Assembly: GCA_963815195.1 (NCBI GenBank)
Contig: CAWFGE010000013.1
Location: forward strand, 640,001-704,000
From: an uncultured Planctomycetaceae bacterium
GTDB taxonomy: Bacteria > Planctomycetota > Planctomycetia > Planctomycetales > Planctomycetaceae
Reading direction: 5' to 3'
DNA: 64,000 nt
Below the pieces are notes generated by a model that was not told the origin of the DNA, ran no database searches, and worked only from the letters and a program-made list of their open reading frames with translations. The position numbers and the translations under genes were made by a program. Below are positions 1 through 10,623 of this stretch, piece by piece. Position 1 is the first letter of the stretch, and every line of letters begins with the position of its first letter.

Positions 1-817
1 CGGCACAGACGACATAGTCGCCCGTCGTGACCGAGCCGGCAAATCCCACCTGCGAAGCCAGGATATTGTGCTGCCCCAATTGGCAGTTGTGGGCCACCAT
101 CACGAGGTTGTCGATTTTCGTGCCCCGGGCGATCAACGTCACGCCGACGAGCGCCCGGTCGATCGTGGTGTTGGCCCCGATTTCCACGTCGTCTTCGATT
201 TGCACGGTCCCGTAGTGCGGGATCTTTTGATGCCGGCCTTCGACGAGTTGATAACCGAACCCGTCCGCGCCGATCACCGCCCCGGCGTGAAGAATCACCC
301 GCCGGCCGATCTGCACATCGTGATACAAAACGACGTTCGGATAAAGGATCGACTCATCCCCGATCTGGCAGCCCGGACCGATGCACACGCCCGGGTGGAT
401 GTCGCAATTCTCTCCGATGACCACATGCTCGGCGATGTGAGCACCGGGATGAACGTTGGTGCTTTTACCGATTTGGGCCGAGGGATGCACGGTCGCGTGC
501 GCGGAGACGCCGAACTCGGGCCGCTTCCGCTGTGGATGAAACATTTCCAAGACTTTGAGAAACGCCTGCCGGGCGTCTTGGACAATCAGCACGGTTTGGG
601 AGACGCCTGGATGAAGGGATTCCGCGAGCGCCCCGCCCACGAGAAGCGCGGAGGCCCGGCACGATTTGAGGTTTCGCGCACGGGCTTCATCGCTGACGAA
701 GGTGATCTCGCCTTCGCGGGAATGCTCCATATTTTGAGCGCCCGAGATAGACAGCGAGCGATCGCCCCGTACTTGGGCGGAGAGTTTTTCAGCCAATTGC
801 TCAATGGTGAATGTCAC
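1..817 (-). CDS. lpxD: UDP-3-O-acyl-glucosamine N-acyltransferase, 3' end runs off the window
   Basis: Not in the ORF track because it has no stop in the window. Manual minus-strand translation from GTG 817 gives MTFTIEQLAEKL, hexapeptide repeats, IGADGFGY, IEDDVEIGANTTIDR and TKIDNLVMVAHNC. Confidence 0.92.
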   Translation of the reverse strand, partial: MTFTIEQLAEKLSAQVRGDRSLSISGAQNMEHSREGEITFVSDEARARNLKSCRASALLVGGALAESLHPGVSQTVLIVQDARQAFLKVLEMFHPQRKRPEFGVSAHATVHPSAQIGKSTNVHPGAHIAEHVVIGENCDIHPGVCIGPGCQIGDESILYPNVVLYHDVQIGRRVILHAGAVIGADGFGYQLVEGRHQKIPHYGTVQIEDDVEIGANTTIDRALVGVTLIARGTKIDNLVMVAHNCQLGQHNILASQVGFAGSVTTGDYVVCA

Positions 818-1108
818 GGTCCCAGAGTCCTTTCCGGGAGGGAGTATCCCTGAGTCTCGCCCCGCAAGTCCGGCGCGAATGGGGCTTTTACAAGAAAATC
901 GCCTTCCAATGCAAGAGGGAATTCACCGGGTTTTCAGAGATTTTGAAACGATTACAAGGGCAGCGATTTGCGGGGAGTTCTGGTAAAATGCCAAAATCGA
1001 ATTGATCCGCTCCGTATCATCGGAAAAAAGAATCCGCAATCCTCCTTCGAGAAGCATCAATCGTCTTTACCGAAATCACTGCGTTTGTCGCAAACTGGGA
1101 GATTCCTC

Positions 1109-2575
1109 ATGCGCTTGCACCACATTGGCAACTGGATCGGTCTCTGTTTGGCTTGGATGGGAATGACGTTCTCCGTCCCCGCGAGCCGGGCGGCGGAGAA
1201 ACCGAATATCGTCCTGGTGATGGCGGACGATCAGGGTTGGGGCGATATGGGTTATTATGGGCACCCGGCGATCAAGACGCCCAACTTCGATGAAGCGGCC
1301 GGGACCGGGCTGCGGTTCGACCAGTTTTACGCGGCGGCCCCGGTGTGCTCGCCGACGCGGGCCAGCGTGATGACGGGCCGGCATCCGAACCGCATGGGCG
1401 TGTTCAAGTGGGGTTATCCCATCCGCCCGCAGGAAGTCACCATCGCCGAGGCCCTCAAAACGGCCGGCTATGCGACCGGACACTTCGGCAAATGGCATTT
1501 GGGATCCGTGCGGAACGAAAGCCCCGTGCATCCGGGCCACAACGGGTTCGATGAATGGCTGAGCGCCCCGAACTTCTACGACAACAACGCCATCCTCAGC
1601 CACAAAGGCAAGGCCATCCAAACCGAGGGCGAAAGCTCGCACGTCACCGCGGACGCGGCCCTCCAATGGATGGGCGAAAAAGTCGCCAGCGGAGACCGCT
1701 TTCTCGCGGTCGTCTGGTTCGGTTCGCCCCACGGCCCTCACCAGGCCGCCGAGGAAGACCGCAAACTCTACGAAGACCAACCCAAAAACAAACAGAACTA
1801 CTACGGCGAAGTCACCGGCATGGACCGGGCCTTCGGCAAGATTCGCGACGGCCTCTCGAAGCTCGGCATCCGCGAAAACACAATCCTCTGGTATTGCAGC
1901 GACAACGGTGCCCTCCCCGGAGTCGGTTCCAGCGGCGGCCGACGCGGGAACAAAGGCAACATCTATGAAGGCGGTCTGATGGTCCCCGCGATTCTGGAAT
2001 GGCCCGCCCGCATCCCCAAACACCGCGTGACCAACGTGCGGGCCAACACCTGCGATATCTATCCGACGCTCTTGGACATCGTCGGCGTGAAAGTCGAACA
2101 CCAGCCCGTGCTCGACGGCATCAGTTTATTGCCGCTGATCGAAGGCCGCATGGAGCGCCGGCGCAAACCGATGGGCTTTTGGGATTATCCGAAGCCCGGC
2201 ATCAGCACGCCCTCGGCAAAATGGATGGGCGACCTCTTAAAGGCCCAACAAGCCGGCGGCGATTTGGCTCCGCATCCTTCCAGCCAGAACGCCGCCCAAT
2301 TGCCGAGCCCGCCCTATCCCACCGATCACTTCCCCGGCCACTCCGCGTGGATCGACGGCGATTGGAAACTCCACCGCATCGAAAACAAACAGGGCAAAGT
2401 CAAATGGGAACTCTATAACCTCGCGAACGATCCCGACGAAAAATCCGACCTCGCCGAACAGGAAACCGCCGGCATCAAGGAAATGCAAAAAGGGTTACAA
2501 GCCTGGCTCAAATCCGTCGTCCAAAGCCTCAACGGCGAGGATTATGCGAAGGATTCAAGTTCAAACGGACAATGA
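1109..2575 (+). CDS. Secreted formylglycine-dependent (S1) sulfatase
   Basis: Signal peptide, KPNIVLVMADDQG, CSPTR, GKWHLG, SDNG, YEGG. Confidence 0.92.
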   Translation: MRLHHIGNWIGLCLAWMGMTFSVPASRAAEKPNIVLVMADDQGWGDMGYYGHPAIKTPNFDEAAGTGLRFDQFYAAAPVCSPTRASVMTGRHPNRMGVFKWGYPIRPQEVTIAEALKTAGYATGHFGKWHLGSVRNESPVHPGHNGFDEWLSAPNFYDNNAILSHKGKAIQTEGESSHVTADAALQWMGEKVASGDRFLAVVWFGSPHGPHQAAEEDRKLYEDQPKNKQNYYGEVTGMDRAFGKIRDGLSKLGIRENTILWYCSDNGALPGVGSSGGRRGNKGNIYEGGLMVPAILEWPARIPKHRVTNVRANTCDIYPTLLDIVGVKVEHQPVLDGISLLPLIEGRMERRRKPMGFWDYPKPGISTPSAKWMGDLLKAQQAGGDLAPHPSSQNAAQLPSPPYPTDHFPGHSAWIDGDWKLHRIENKQGKVKWELYNLANDPDEKSDLAEQETAGIKEMQKGLQAWLKSVVQSLNGEDYAKDSSSNGQ

Positions 2576-2666
2576 TTTCTGAAAAGATTTGACCAGCGGT
2601 CGGCTTCTTTCCGGCCGGTCGGAGAAACCATTACCGGAATTCCAATATCGCGCAGGTTGGCGACAA

Positions 2667-3710
2667 TTATTTCCTAGTGGCGACGGTCGTTTGCTTGCCT
2701 TCGGGGCCGATTTGTACGGTGTAGCTCTTGCCGTCCGGGGCGACCGAGGCTTTCACCCAGACGCCCTCGCAGCCCGCGGTGCCGCCGTGGTTGGCGATGA
2801 ACTCCTGCGGGGTCTGCTCGTCATCCTTCAGCTTGATGTTGCGGTGGAGTTGATAAAAGTGTTTCAGCGATTTGCATTTCCTCAAAGTCGCAATCGTGTC
2901 GCCGTGGCCGCCTTTCGCCGGGCCGTTGCACATCACCGCGACCACGGGATCGATCGCCCGCACGAGGACGGGATTGTTGCTCGCGGCCAGACCGTGGTGG
3001 GTCACCATAAACAGATCGACCTGGCCCAACGGGTTGTTGGGCGTGACGAGCTTGGCTTCGACGTTCCACGTCAAATCCCCGCAGCAGAGAAATTTAAAAT
3101 CGCCGAACGCGAGGAGAAAGCTCAGGCTCGCCGCGTTATCCGACGGATCGCGCGGCCGCGGCTGGTTTTCTTCCGCGAACGGGTTCGGCTCGCCTTCGTT
3201 GGGAATCACCTCCCGGCTCGCGGTGACGATCTTCACCGACAACGGCGTCTCGCCCGACTTCAAAGGCAGCATGTCCCCGGCCTTCAAGGTCTTCGATTGA
3301 TTCTGGCTCGCCGCCCGGTACGCAAAGATGCGGTCGGCGAAGGCTTTGTCCTCCGCGAGCCCCGCGGGGATGCCCCGGTCCCAGAAGTTCTGGATCTTGA
3401 TCTTCGCCGCGAGCACTGCATGGTTGCCGTAGTGGTCCAGATGCCAATGCGTGACGGCCGCGTGATCCAGCCGCGACTTCTTGGCGATGTCGCGGACGAC
3501 CTTCAAAATCCGGTCGCGGTCGCGGCCGCCATTGTCGGGATAGCCGGAATCGATCAGCAGCGATTCCCCCGCGGGCGTGACGATCAACGTCGCCGCTCCG
3601 CCTTCCACATCGATGAAATAAAAGTCCAGCCGGCCGTCCCGCTCATCGGCCATCGCCGGCAGAGACACGAACAAGCCCAACACCACCAACGCACAGAGCA
3701 GGTTTCTCAT
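2667..3710 (-). CDS. Secreted MBL-fold metallo-hydrolase (ComEC/Rec2-like)
   Basis: Signal peptide, FIDVEGGAATLI, THWHLDHYG, GDL, THHG. Confidence 0.85.
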   Translation of the reverse strand: MRNLLCALVVLGLFVSLPAMADERDGRLDFYFIDVEGGAATLIVTPAGESLLIDSGYPDNGGRDRDRILKVVRDIAKKSRLDHAAVTHWHLDHYGNHAVLAAKIKIQNFWDRGIPAGLAEDKAFADRIFAYRAASQNQSKTLKAGDMLPLKSGETPLSVKIVTASREVIPNEGEPNPFAEENQPRPRDPSDNAASLSFLLAFGDFKFLCCGDLTWNVEAKLVTPNNPLGQVDLFMVTHHGLAASNNPVLVRAIDPVVAVMCNGPAKGGHGDTIATLRKCKSLKHFYQLHRNIKLKDDEQTPQEFIANHGGTAGCEGVWVKASVAPDGKSYTVQIGPEGKQTTVATRK

Positions 3711-3730
3711 AAGGGATCCTTCGAGGATGT

Positions 3731-3846
3731 GTCCCTTTCCACTCGGGGGACAGGACGCAAAAAAGGTTTTGTCCCCTCGGGCGAGAGGGAACGCAAAAAA
3801 GGTTTTGTCCCCTCTCCCCTTGGGGGAGAGGGTGAGGGTGAGGGGG
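3731..3846. repeat. REP-like palindrome (family B, CCCCTCACCCT..CCCTCTCCC..GGGAGAGGG) with degenerate tandem partial copies
   Basis: CCCCTCTCCCC-TT-GGGGGAGAGGG hairpin; ACGCAAAAAAGGTTTTGTCCCCTC repeated at 3755 and 3791; reverse complement matches 53162-53257. Confidence 0.8.
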
Positions 3847-4071
3847 CCGAGCGGCTTAATCGCAGAGCCGCCCGCAGCACAACAATTCACCAGATTATGC
3901 CCCAACCGGCGGCCTCTCGCAAATGGCCGGCGTCCCGGCCGACGTTCGTTCCCAGAAAACGCGCGGCCCGAATTGAACAAACCGGCCGGATGCGATAACG
4001 TCGAAGAGGAGGAATCCGCCGGGCGATTCTCCCGCGATTGGCGTCTGTTCGAGGCAAGAAAGGCTGACGGC

Positions 4072-6955
4072 ATGAAAGGCTGGCCGACAATTCTGTTGAT
4101 GCTCCATTTCGCGGCGACGGCGGTGTCCGCGGCCGGGGAGGATCCGTTCCAGACGGCCCGGCTGCATCGTCAAAAAGGCCGGTACGCCGAAGCCGAGGCG
4201 GAGCTCAAACAACTCACGGAGCAAAAGGCCGACCCGCGCGCCTCGCCGTCGAGTTGAGCCGGGTGTACGAGGCGGCGGGCCGCTGGAAAGACCTCACCGA
4301 AACCCTGGAAGCCGCCACCAAGGATCACGCCGAAAATCCCGATTTGCTGGCCCGGCTCGCGGAAGCCTATTTTCTCCAAGGCCGCTATCCCGAAGCCGAG
4401 AAAATCGCCCTGCGCGTGCTGAAACTCGACGGCCAGCATCCGTTGGCCCATTTCGTCCTGGCCGACATCCAGACTGAAACCGGCCGGCTGGACGAGGCAA
4501 TCGAGAGCTATGTGTGGTTCGTGCGGTTCTATAACCGCGCACAGCCGACCGATGCGGAAACGCTCGGACTCATCGCCCGCGGTTCGCTGCAATACGCCCG
4601 CTGGAAAGCGTCTTCGCAGATCCTCAAGTTTGTCATCAACACGTTATGCCCCGATGCCCTCAAAGCGGACGAGAACTATTGGCAGGCCCACCAGATCGCC
4701 GGCGATTTGCTCTTGGAAAAATACAACCGCGCCCAGGCGCTCCCCGAACTCCGCCGGGCCTTGGTCATCAATCCGCGGGCGGCGGATGTGTTGGTTTCGC
4801 TGGGGAGCGCCGCCTTGCAAAAGCACGACATCAAAGAAGCCGAGACCTACGCGGACCAGGCCCTCAAGATCAATCCACACCACATCGCCGCGTGCTGGCT
4901 CAAGGCCGACCTGTTTATCGAGGAAGGCCAGTTCTCCAAGGCGCAAGAATTTATAGACGCCGCCTTGGCCGTCAACCCGCATGAGCAGCGAACTCTGGCC
5001 CGCCAGGCTGCGATTGACATCCTCCGCGACGGTCCCCCCCCGGCGGAGGATTTGAAAGACCTGCTCGCGAAGCTCTCTACCATTCAGATCAAGAACTATG
5101 AACTGGACGAGTCCGACAAGTTTAGAAAACTCGTGATCGATCTGGCCAGGCGCAATCCGCATCCGGGTTACTTTTTGTCGATCCTCGCGGAGACCTTGGA
5201 ATCCCGCCGCAAGTACGACCTGGCCCAGACATTTTATGAAGCCGCCATCGACTCCATGCCGCAACTCTCCGCGCCAAAACTTCGCTGGGCATGCTCTCTA
5301 TGCGGATCGGCAAAACCGCAGAGGCGAAAAAACTCCTCGACGATGCGTTCGACGCCGACCCGTTCCATGTCCGCGTGAGCAACATGCGGAAAGTGCTCAA
5401 GCTTTTGGACGGATACGAAACAATTTCCACCGACCATTTTGTGATTCGTGTGGATTCGGAGCTCGATAAAGTTCTGGGCCAATATATGGCCGACTACCTG
5501 GAAGAGATCTATCCCGAGCTCACCAGGCAATTCGGCTACGAGCCCCCGCAGCGGACGCATTTTGAGATCTATAACAAAGCCAACGGGCTCTCCGCCCATC
5601 AATGGTTCAGCGCCCGCATGGTGGGCCTGCCTTGGATTCAAACGATCGGTGCGTCCACGGGAGTGATCGTCGCCCTGGCTTCGCCCACGGCGGCGGACGA
5701 GCCGTTCAACTGGGCCCGCGTGCTCAAGCACGAGTTCGTGCACATCATCACCTTGCAGCAGACGAAGTTCAATATCCCGCACTGGTTTACCGAAGCCCTC
5801 GCGGTGTCGGCGGAAGGCGGCACCCGGCCGGAGATTTGGAACGAACTCCTCTTAATCCGCGTTCCCAAGGGCGAGCTTCGCAGCCTCGATGAGCTCAATG
5901 ATGCATTCAGGCGTCCCAAAACTCCCGCGGACTGGCAGTTCGCTTATTGTCAAAGCCGGCTGTACGCCCAATATATGATCGAGACCTACGGCAAAGACAC
6001 GATCCCTAAAATGCTCGACGCCTATCGGCGGAATGTCTCCACCAACGACGCCATTCCCAAGGTCTTCGGCGTCACGGTCGAGGAGTTCGAAACAGGCTAT
6101 CGGAACTTCTTAAAGAAGCTCGTCACCGAAATCGAAGGCGGGGTTCCGGAAGAGAAGCAAACGCTCGCCGAGTTGGAAAAGGCTTATGGGGCCAATCCCA
6201 AAGACGCCAAGACCGCCGGCCGATTTGCCGAGGCTTTGCTGGAGCTTCGCAAATGGGACGAGGCGAAAGACATCGCGGAGAAAGCGATCGAACTCGACAA
6301 GACCGAACCCCACGCCGCGATCGCCTTGGCGAAGCTGGAGGTCCGGGACCGCGACGTTCCCCGCGCGATCGGCTACCTGGAGCCGGCATTGGGCGATCCT
6401 CCCCATCGCGAGGTGCTGGAACTCCTGGCCCGGCTCAAGCTCGCGGAGCAGAAAACTCTCGAAGCCCGCGAACTCTACCGGAAAGGTCAGAAGGCATTCC
6501 CGCATTCCTCGACCTGGCTGAAAGGCCTGGCGGCCGTCGCGCTTCGGATGGATGACGAAGCCGGTTTGAAGTCGGCTCTCGTAGAACTCGCGGAGCGCGA
6601 GATCGACAGCCCGGCCTATCCTAAAAAGCTCGCACAGATGGCCCTCGCGGAAAAAGACTATGAGACCGCGAGAACCTATTGCATTAAGACCTTATATATC
6701 GACGTGATGGATGCCCCGACCCATCAGATGCTCGGCGAGGTTTACGCGGCGATGAATCAACATAAAAAGGCGGTGCAGGAATATAAAGTCACCCTGCAAC
6801 TCGCCCCCGCGACCGTGGAAGCCGAGCTTGGTTTGGCGAACTCCTATATTCAGGAAAAACAGACGAAGGAAGCGAGGGATGTCTTGGAAACGCTCTTGAA
6901 ACGCGATCCCGACAATGCAGCGGCGCGGGCGTTATTGAAGCAGATTAAGAATTAG
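4072..6955 (+). CDS. Secreted TPR-repeat protein with a central MA-clan zinc metallopeptidase domain; split by two frameshifts (~4236, ~5277)
   Basis: Signal peptide; TPR-like helices across three consecutive ORFs; HEFVH...PHWFTEALA. Confidence 0.8.
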
Positions 6956-7007
6956 ATCCAAGCAGATCAGGAACAAGCAGCACGGATTGACAGCGATAAG
7001 GAATGCA

Positions 7008-7235
7008 TTAGCCGCGTAGCGGCGGCAGCATACAGCTGCGGGCGTAAGCCCATAGTTTCAGTTCGGTGAAACAGATAAAGCCGCGTAGCGGCGACAGCAA
7101 TTCATAACGTTTGTTTTCGAGTGTTTCCTGTTCGCGGATTTGCTAGCGCCGCTTCGCGGCTCAACATGAGTTTGGGGGACTTCGGATCTGCGGGCTGGCG
7201 CCCGCAGCTAGATGCTGCCGCCGCTTCGCGGCTAA
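7008..7235. repeat. Nested palindromic REPIN/MITE-like element (family E)
   Basis: About 44-bp terminal inverted repeats (TTAGCCGCGTAGCGGCGGCAGCAT... / ...ATGCTGCCGCCGCTTCGCGGCTAA) plus an inner inverted pair AGCCGCGTAGCGGCG / CGCCGCTTCGCGGCT. Confidence 0.8.
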
Positions 7236-7313
7236 GACAAGGGCAAACGTTCGCCGCCGGTTTATTTCTTGTATCGATTTCTCAAATGCACCTTAACGAA
7301 TATTCAATCTTCA

Positions 7314-7631
7314 ATGCCTTCTGATATAACTCGCCCCCTGACGCTCGCCGGCGTGCAGCGATTGATTGCGGAGACCTATTCTCAAAAAGATGCAGCGCGC
7401 GGAGTGGAGGGGACCTATATGTGGTTGATGGAGGAAGTGGGCGAACTCTCGGCCGCGCTTCGCGAAGGCGATGCGCCGGCGCTCGCGGCGGAGTTTGCGG
7501 ACGTCTTGGCGTGGCTCGCCACCTTGGCGAATGTTTCGGGCGTGAATCTCGAAGAGGCCTTCCAAGACAAATACGGCCAGGGCTGCCCCGGCTGCGGACA
7601 CACGCCTTGCACATGCCAGGTGAAACCGTAA
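7314..7631 (+). CDS. MazG-like nucleotide pyrophosphohydrolase (single domain)
   Basis: WLMEEVGEL...AEFADVLAW; C-terminal CPGCGHTPCTC. Confidence 0.85.
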   Translation: MPSDITRPLTLAGVQRLIAETYSQKDAARGVEGTYMWLMEEVGELSAALREGDAPALAAEFADVLAWLATLANVSGVNLEEAFQDKYGQGCPGCGHTPCTCQVKP

Positions 7632-7675
7632 TCGATTTCAACGCATCTGCTTTTAGATTTTAGAGTGAGACATCC

Positions 7676-8815
7676 ATGCAGGACATCCTGGAAACGCTCG
7701 AAACGGCTCTCCGAAAAGGCCAAGCCGTGGCCTATACGGCCCTCGTGGAGACCCGCGGATCGACGCCCCAAAAAGCCGGGGCGGTGATGCTCGTGTTTCC
7801 CGACGGTTCGCAGGCGGGAACCTTGGGCGGCGGCTGCGTCGAGGCCGAGGTCAAACGCCGGGCCCTCAAGCAGCTTACCGAGAACCGGCGCGAGATATTA
7901 ACGTATCAACTCGACAGCGATTATGGCTGGGACGATGGGCTGATTTGCGGCGGCCGGATGACGATGCTCGTCGACCCCGTCTCTCCCGAAGAAGACCAAA
8001 ACTACTTTCAGCGACTGCGGGAGTTGACCAGCCTCGGACAAGGCTGCACCGAGACCGTGGTCTTCAATGTCGATAGGGCCGAGGATTCGGATCCTCCAAG
8101 CGGCCGCGCGGGGGACCGGTTTCTGCTCGACCGGGAAGGCAACATCGTGGCCTCGCGTGCCGAGGGCCCGCCGCCGGAGGGCTTGCTTCGCAATCTGCGA
8201 TCGTTGGACAAACGGCCCCGGCCTTATGTGACGGCGGGCATCTCCTACCTGCCCCGGCTCAAGCGGTGTCGATTGGTGATCGTCGGGGCGGGACACGTGG
8301 GGCAAAAGGTGGGAGAGCTCGCGGCCGACGCGGACTTCGACGTCTGGGTCATCGACGACCGCGAGAGCTATTGCAATGCGGAGCGGTTCCCGGAAGCGAA
8401 GCGGTTGATCGTGAATCCCATCGACGTGGCCCTCAAGAATCTGGAAGTCGACCCCGATACGTTTTGCATCATCGTCACGCGGGGCCACAACCACGATGAA
8501 GAGGCCCTGTTTTTTCTCGCCGAAACAAACGCCCGCTACGTGGGCCTGATCGGAAGCAAGCGGAAGATCAAGTTGATCTTCGAAGATTTGCTCGCCGAGG
8601 GCATCGCCCGCGAAGCGTTGGAGCGAGTGCATGCCCCGTTGGGTTTTGACATCGGCTCGCAAACGGTCCCCGAGATTGCGATCAGCATCGTCGCAGAACT
8701 GATCGCGTGCCGAAACCTGGGCGAGGAGCCACTGTCTTTGGAGCGTCGGAGCTTGATCTCCGAATTGCCCGGACCGGCCGGCTCGAACAGCACCGAAGCC
8801 CCCGACAATGGATGA
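7676..8815 (+). CDS. xdhC: XdhC/CoxI family molybdoenzyme maturation protein
   Basis: GSTPQKAGA, GTLGGGCVE, GLICGG, VIVGAGHV, YVGLIGSKRK, PEIAISIVAELI. Confidence 0.9.
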   Translation: MQDILETLETALRKGQAVAYTALVETRGSTPQKAGAVMLVFPDGSQAGTLGGGCVEAEVKRRALKQLTENRREILTYQLDSDYGWDDGLICGGRMTMLVDPVSPEEDQNYFQRLRELTSLGQGCTETVVFNVDRAEDSDPPSGRAGDRFLLDREGNIVASRAEGPPPEGLLRNLRSLDKRPRPYVTAGISYLPRLKRCRLVIVGAGHVGQKVGELAADADFDVWVIDDRESYCNAERFPEAKRLIVNPIDVALKNLEVDPDTFCIIVTRGHNHDEEALFFLAETNARYVGLIGSKRKIKLIFEDLLAEGIAREALERVHAPLGFDIGSQTVPEIAISIVAELIACRNLGEEPLSLERRSLISELPGPAGSNSTEAPDNG

Positions 8816-9886
8816 GCTGTCTCTTTATGATTACGAGCTGCCGGCGGAGTTGATCGCGGCTCATCCCTTGGCCAACCGGACCGATGCGCGAATGCTCGTC
8901 GTCCACCGCGCGGATGGGACGTTTTCGCATCGCCGGGTTTCGGATCTTCCCGAACTTCTCAACGCTCAGGATTGCCTGGTGCTTAACGACACCAAGGTTT
9001 TGCCGGCGCGGCTATTCGGCTATCGATCCCGGACCGGCGGGAAATGGGAGGGGCTGTTTCTGGGCACCGATTCCCGCGGGCATTGGAAACTGATGGGACA
9101 AACCCGCGGGAAACTCGAGGCCGGCGAAGAGCTGATCGTCGTCCCGGCCTCGTCCATCAAAAATTCTCTTTCCGCGGAGGCGACTCCGAAGGAACATTTT
9201 CGGTTGAAGCTTCTCTCGCGGGACCGAGAAGGCCTATGGCTGGCGGAGGTGGAACCGCCCGGCGATCCCGTGGATCTGCTGAACCGCTTCGGCACGATGC
9301 CTTTGCCTCCTTATATGAAGCGGCCGGTGGCGGAGGCGGCGGACTTTGAGCGATATCAAACGACCTATGCCCGCCGGCCGGGCGCGGTCGCGGCTCCCAC
9401 GGCGGGGTTGCATTTCACGCCCGAGCTGTTTGAAGAATGCCAGGCGAAGCAGATCCGCCGAACGTTTGTGACGCTGCACGTTGGCGTGGGGACGTTTCGC
9501 CCGATCGCGGTGGATCGGCTCAGCGAGCATCACATGCACGCCGAGTGGTGCGAGTTGTCTTCCGAGACGGCGGCGGCGATTGAAGAGTCGAAGCAAAAAG
9601 GCGGCCGGGTCGTCGCAGTGGGAACCACGAGCGTGCGGACGTTGGAAAGCGCCTCGCGGGAAGGTTCCCTCAAACCGTTCCGCGGGGAAACCGATCTGTT
9701 TATCCGCCCGGGGCATACCTTTGCGCGGTCGATGTGCTATTTACGAATTTCCATCTTCCCAAATCGACATTGTTGGTTCTGGTGTCGGCGTTCGCGGGGT
9801 TGGACCTGATCCAAACAGCGTATCGAGAAGCCATCCGCGAGCGCTACCGTTTCTACAGTTATGGGGATGCGATGTTGATCTTGTGA
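8808..9886 (+). CDS. queA: S-adenosylmethionine:tRNA ribosyltransferase-isomerase; frameshift ~9722
   Basis: [38 protein letters not shown]; the C-terminus TNFHLPKST...[13 protein letters not shown] is in a shifted frame. Confidence 0.93.
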
Positions 9887-9948
9887 TGAGAAACACGATC
9901 CGCGTCGGGAATTGACGGGATAAATCGAATTATGTTGGAAGCCTCTTT

Positions 9949-10408
9949 ATGCAACGGTTTTTGATTGGCTTGTCGCGATTGGCGATCTCGGCTTGGGTGG
10001 GGGCGGCGGTATTGTTTGTCGTCACCGGGGTGCGGGAAGTCCGCGCCGGAACTCGATTCTATTGTTCGTGATGTCTTGGTGACGGTTCGGTTCCCGGCGT
10101 TTTATGCGTTTGGATTTGCATTGGTTGGAGTTGCGTTTCTCTCCACAGCGGCAGCGAGCTTCGCCGCGGCTGGGAGTCGCCGGCGGCTGTTGTTTCTTGC
10201 GGGTGTTCTTTTGATCGCGTTGTTGGTGATGGCGGGGGATTATTTCTATATCTATCAGCCGCTGGTGGAGATGGTCACGCCGCCGGGAAAGAGCCGACCC
10301 GCGGAGTTTGTGAGCTATCACAAAGCTTCGAAGTGGGTGAACAGCTTCGCGATTTTGCTGTGCGCGGTCGCGGCGATCGGTCTGTGCGGGCAAAAGAGCG
10401 GCGAGTAA
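9949..10408 (+). CDS. Small multi-pass membrane protein (DUF4149-like); frameshift ~10043
   Basis: MQRFLIGLSRLAISAWVGAAVLFVV in one frame, continuing as a hydrophobic ORF with YHKAS. Confidence 0.6.
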
Positions 10409-10436
10409 GGACCATTCGAGAAATCACTGTCTAAAG

Positions 10437-10586
10437 ATCAGCCGGAACGCGTTAGTGTCCGGTTCTTCCCAAGAACCGGGGCGGACCACCCTGCGGGCGG
10501 TGCCACCCTGCGGGCGGTGCCCCCCTGCGGGCGGTGCCCCCCTGCGGGCGGTGCCCCCCTGCGGGCGGTGCCCCCCTGCGGCTAAT
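10437..10586. repeat. REP-like element (family D) containing five 17-bp tandem units CC(A/C)CCCTGCGGGCGGTG
   Basis: Units at 10486-10570; flanks ATCAGCCG...CCCTGCGGCTAAT match the reverse complement of 51606-51669. Confidence 0.85.
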
Positions 10587-10623
10587 AAATCGGACAATTA
10601 TTGATCGAGCGATCCTAAGCCCT

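Noticed and set aside
68..853. 261-aa plus-strand ORF
   Set aside because: Antisense shadow of lpxD.
7314..7631. MazG as an anti-phage defence gene
   Set aside because: Host-like composition and housekeeping context, with no neighbouring defence genes.
10486..10570. Possible CRISPR or iteron array
   Set aside because: Spacer-less 17-bp tandem repeat inside a REP; no rep or cas gene nearby.
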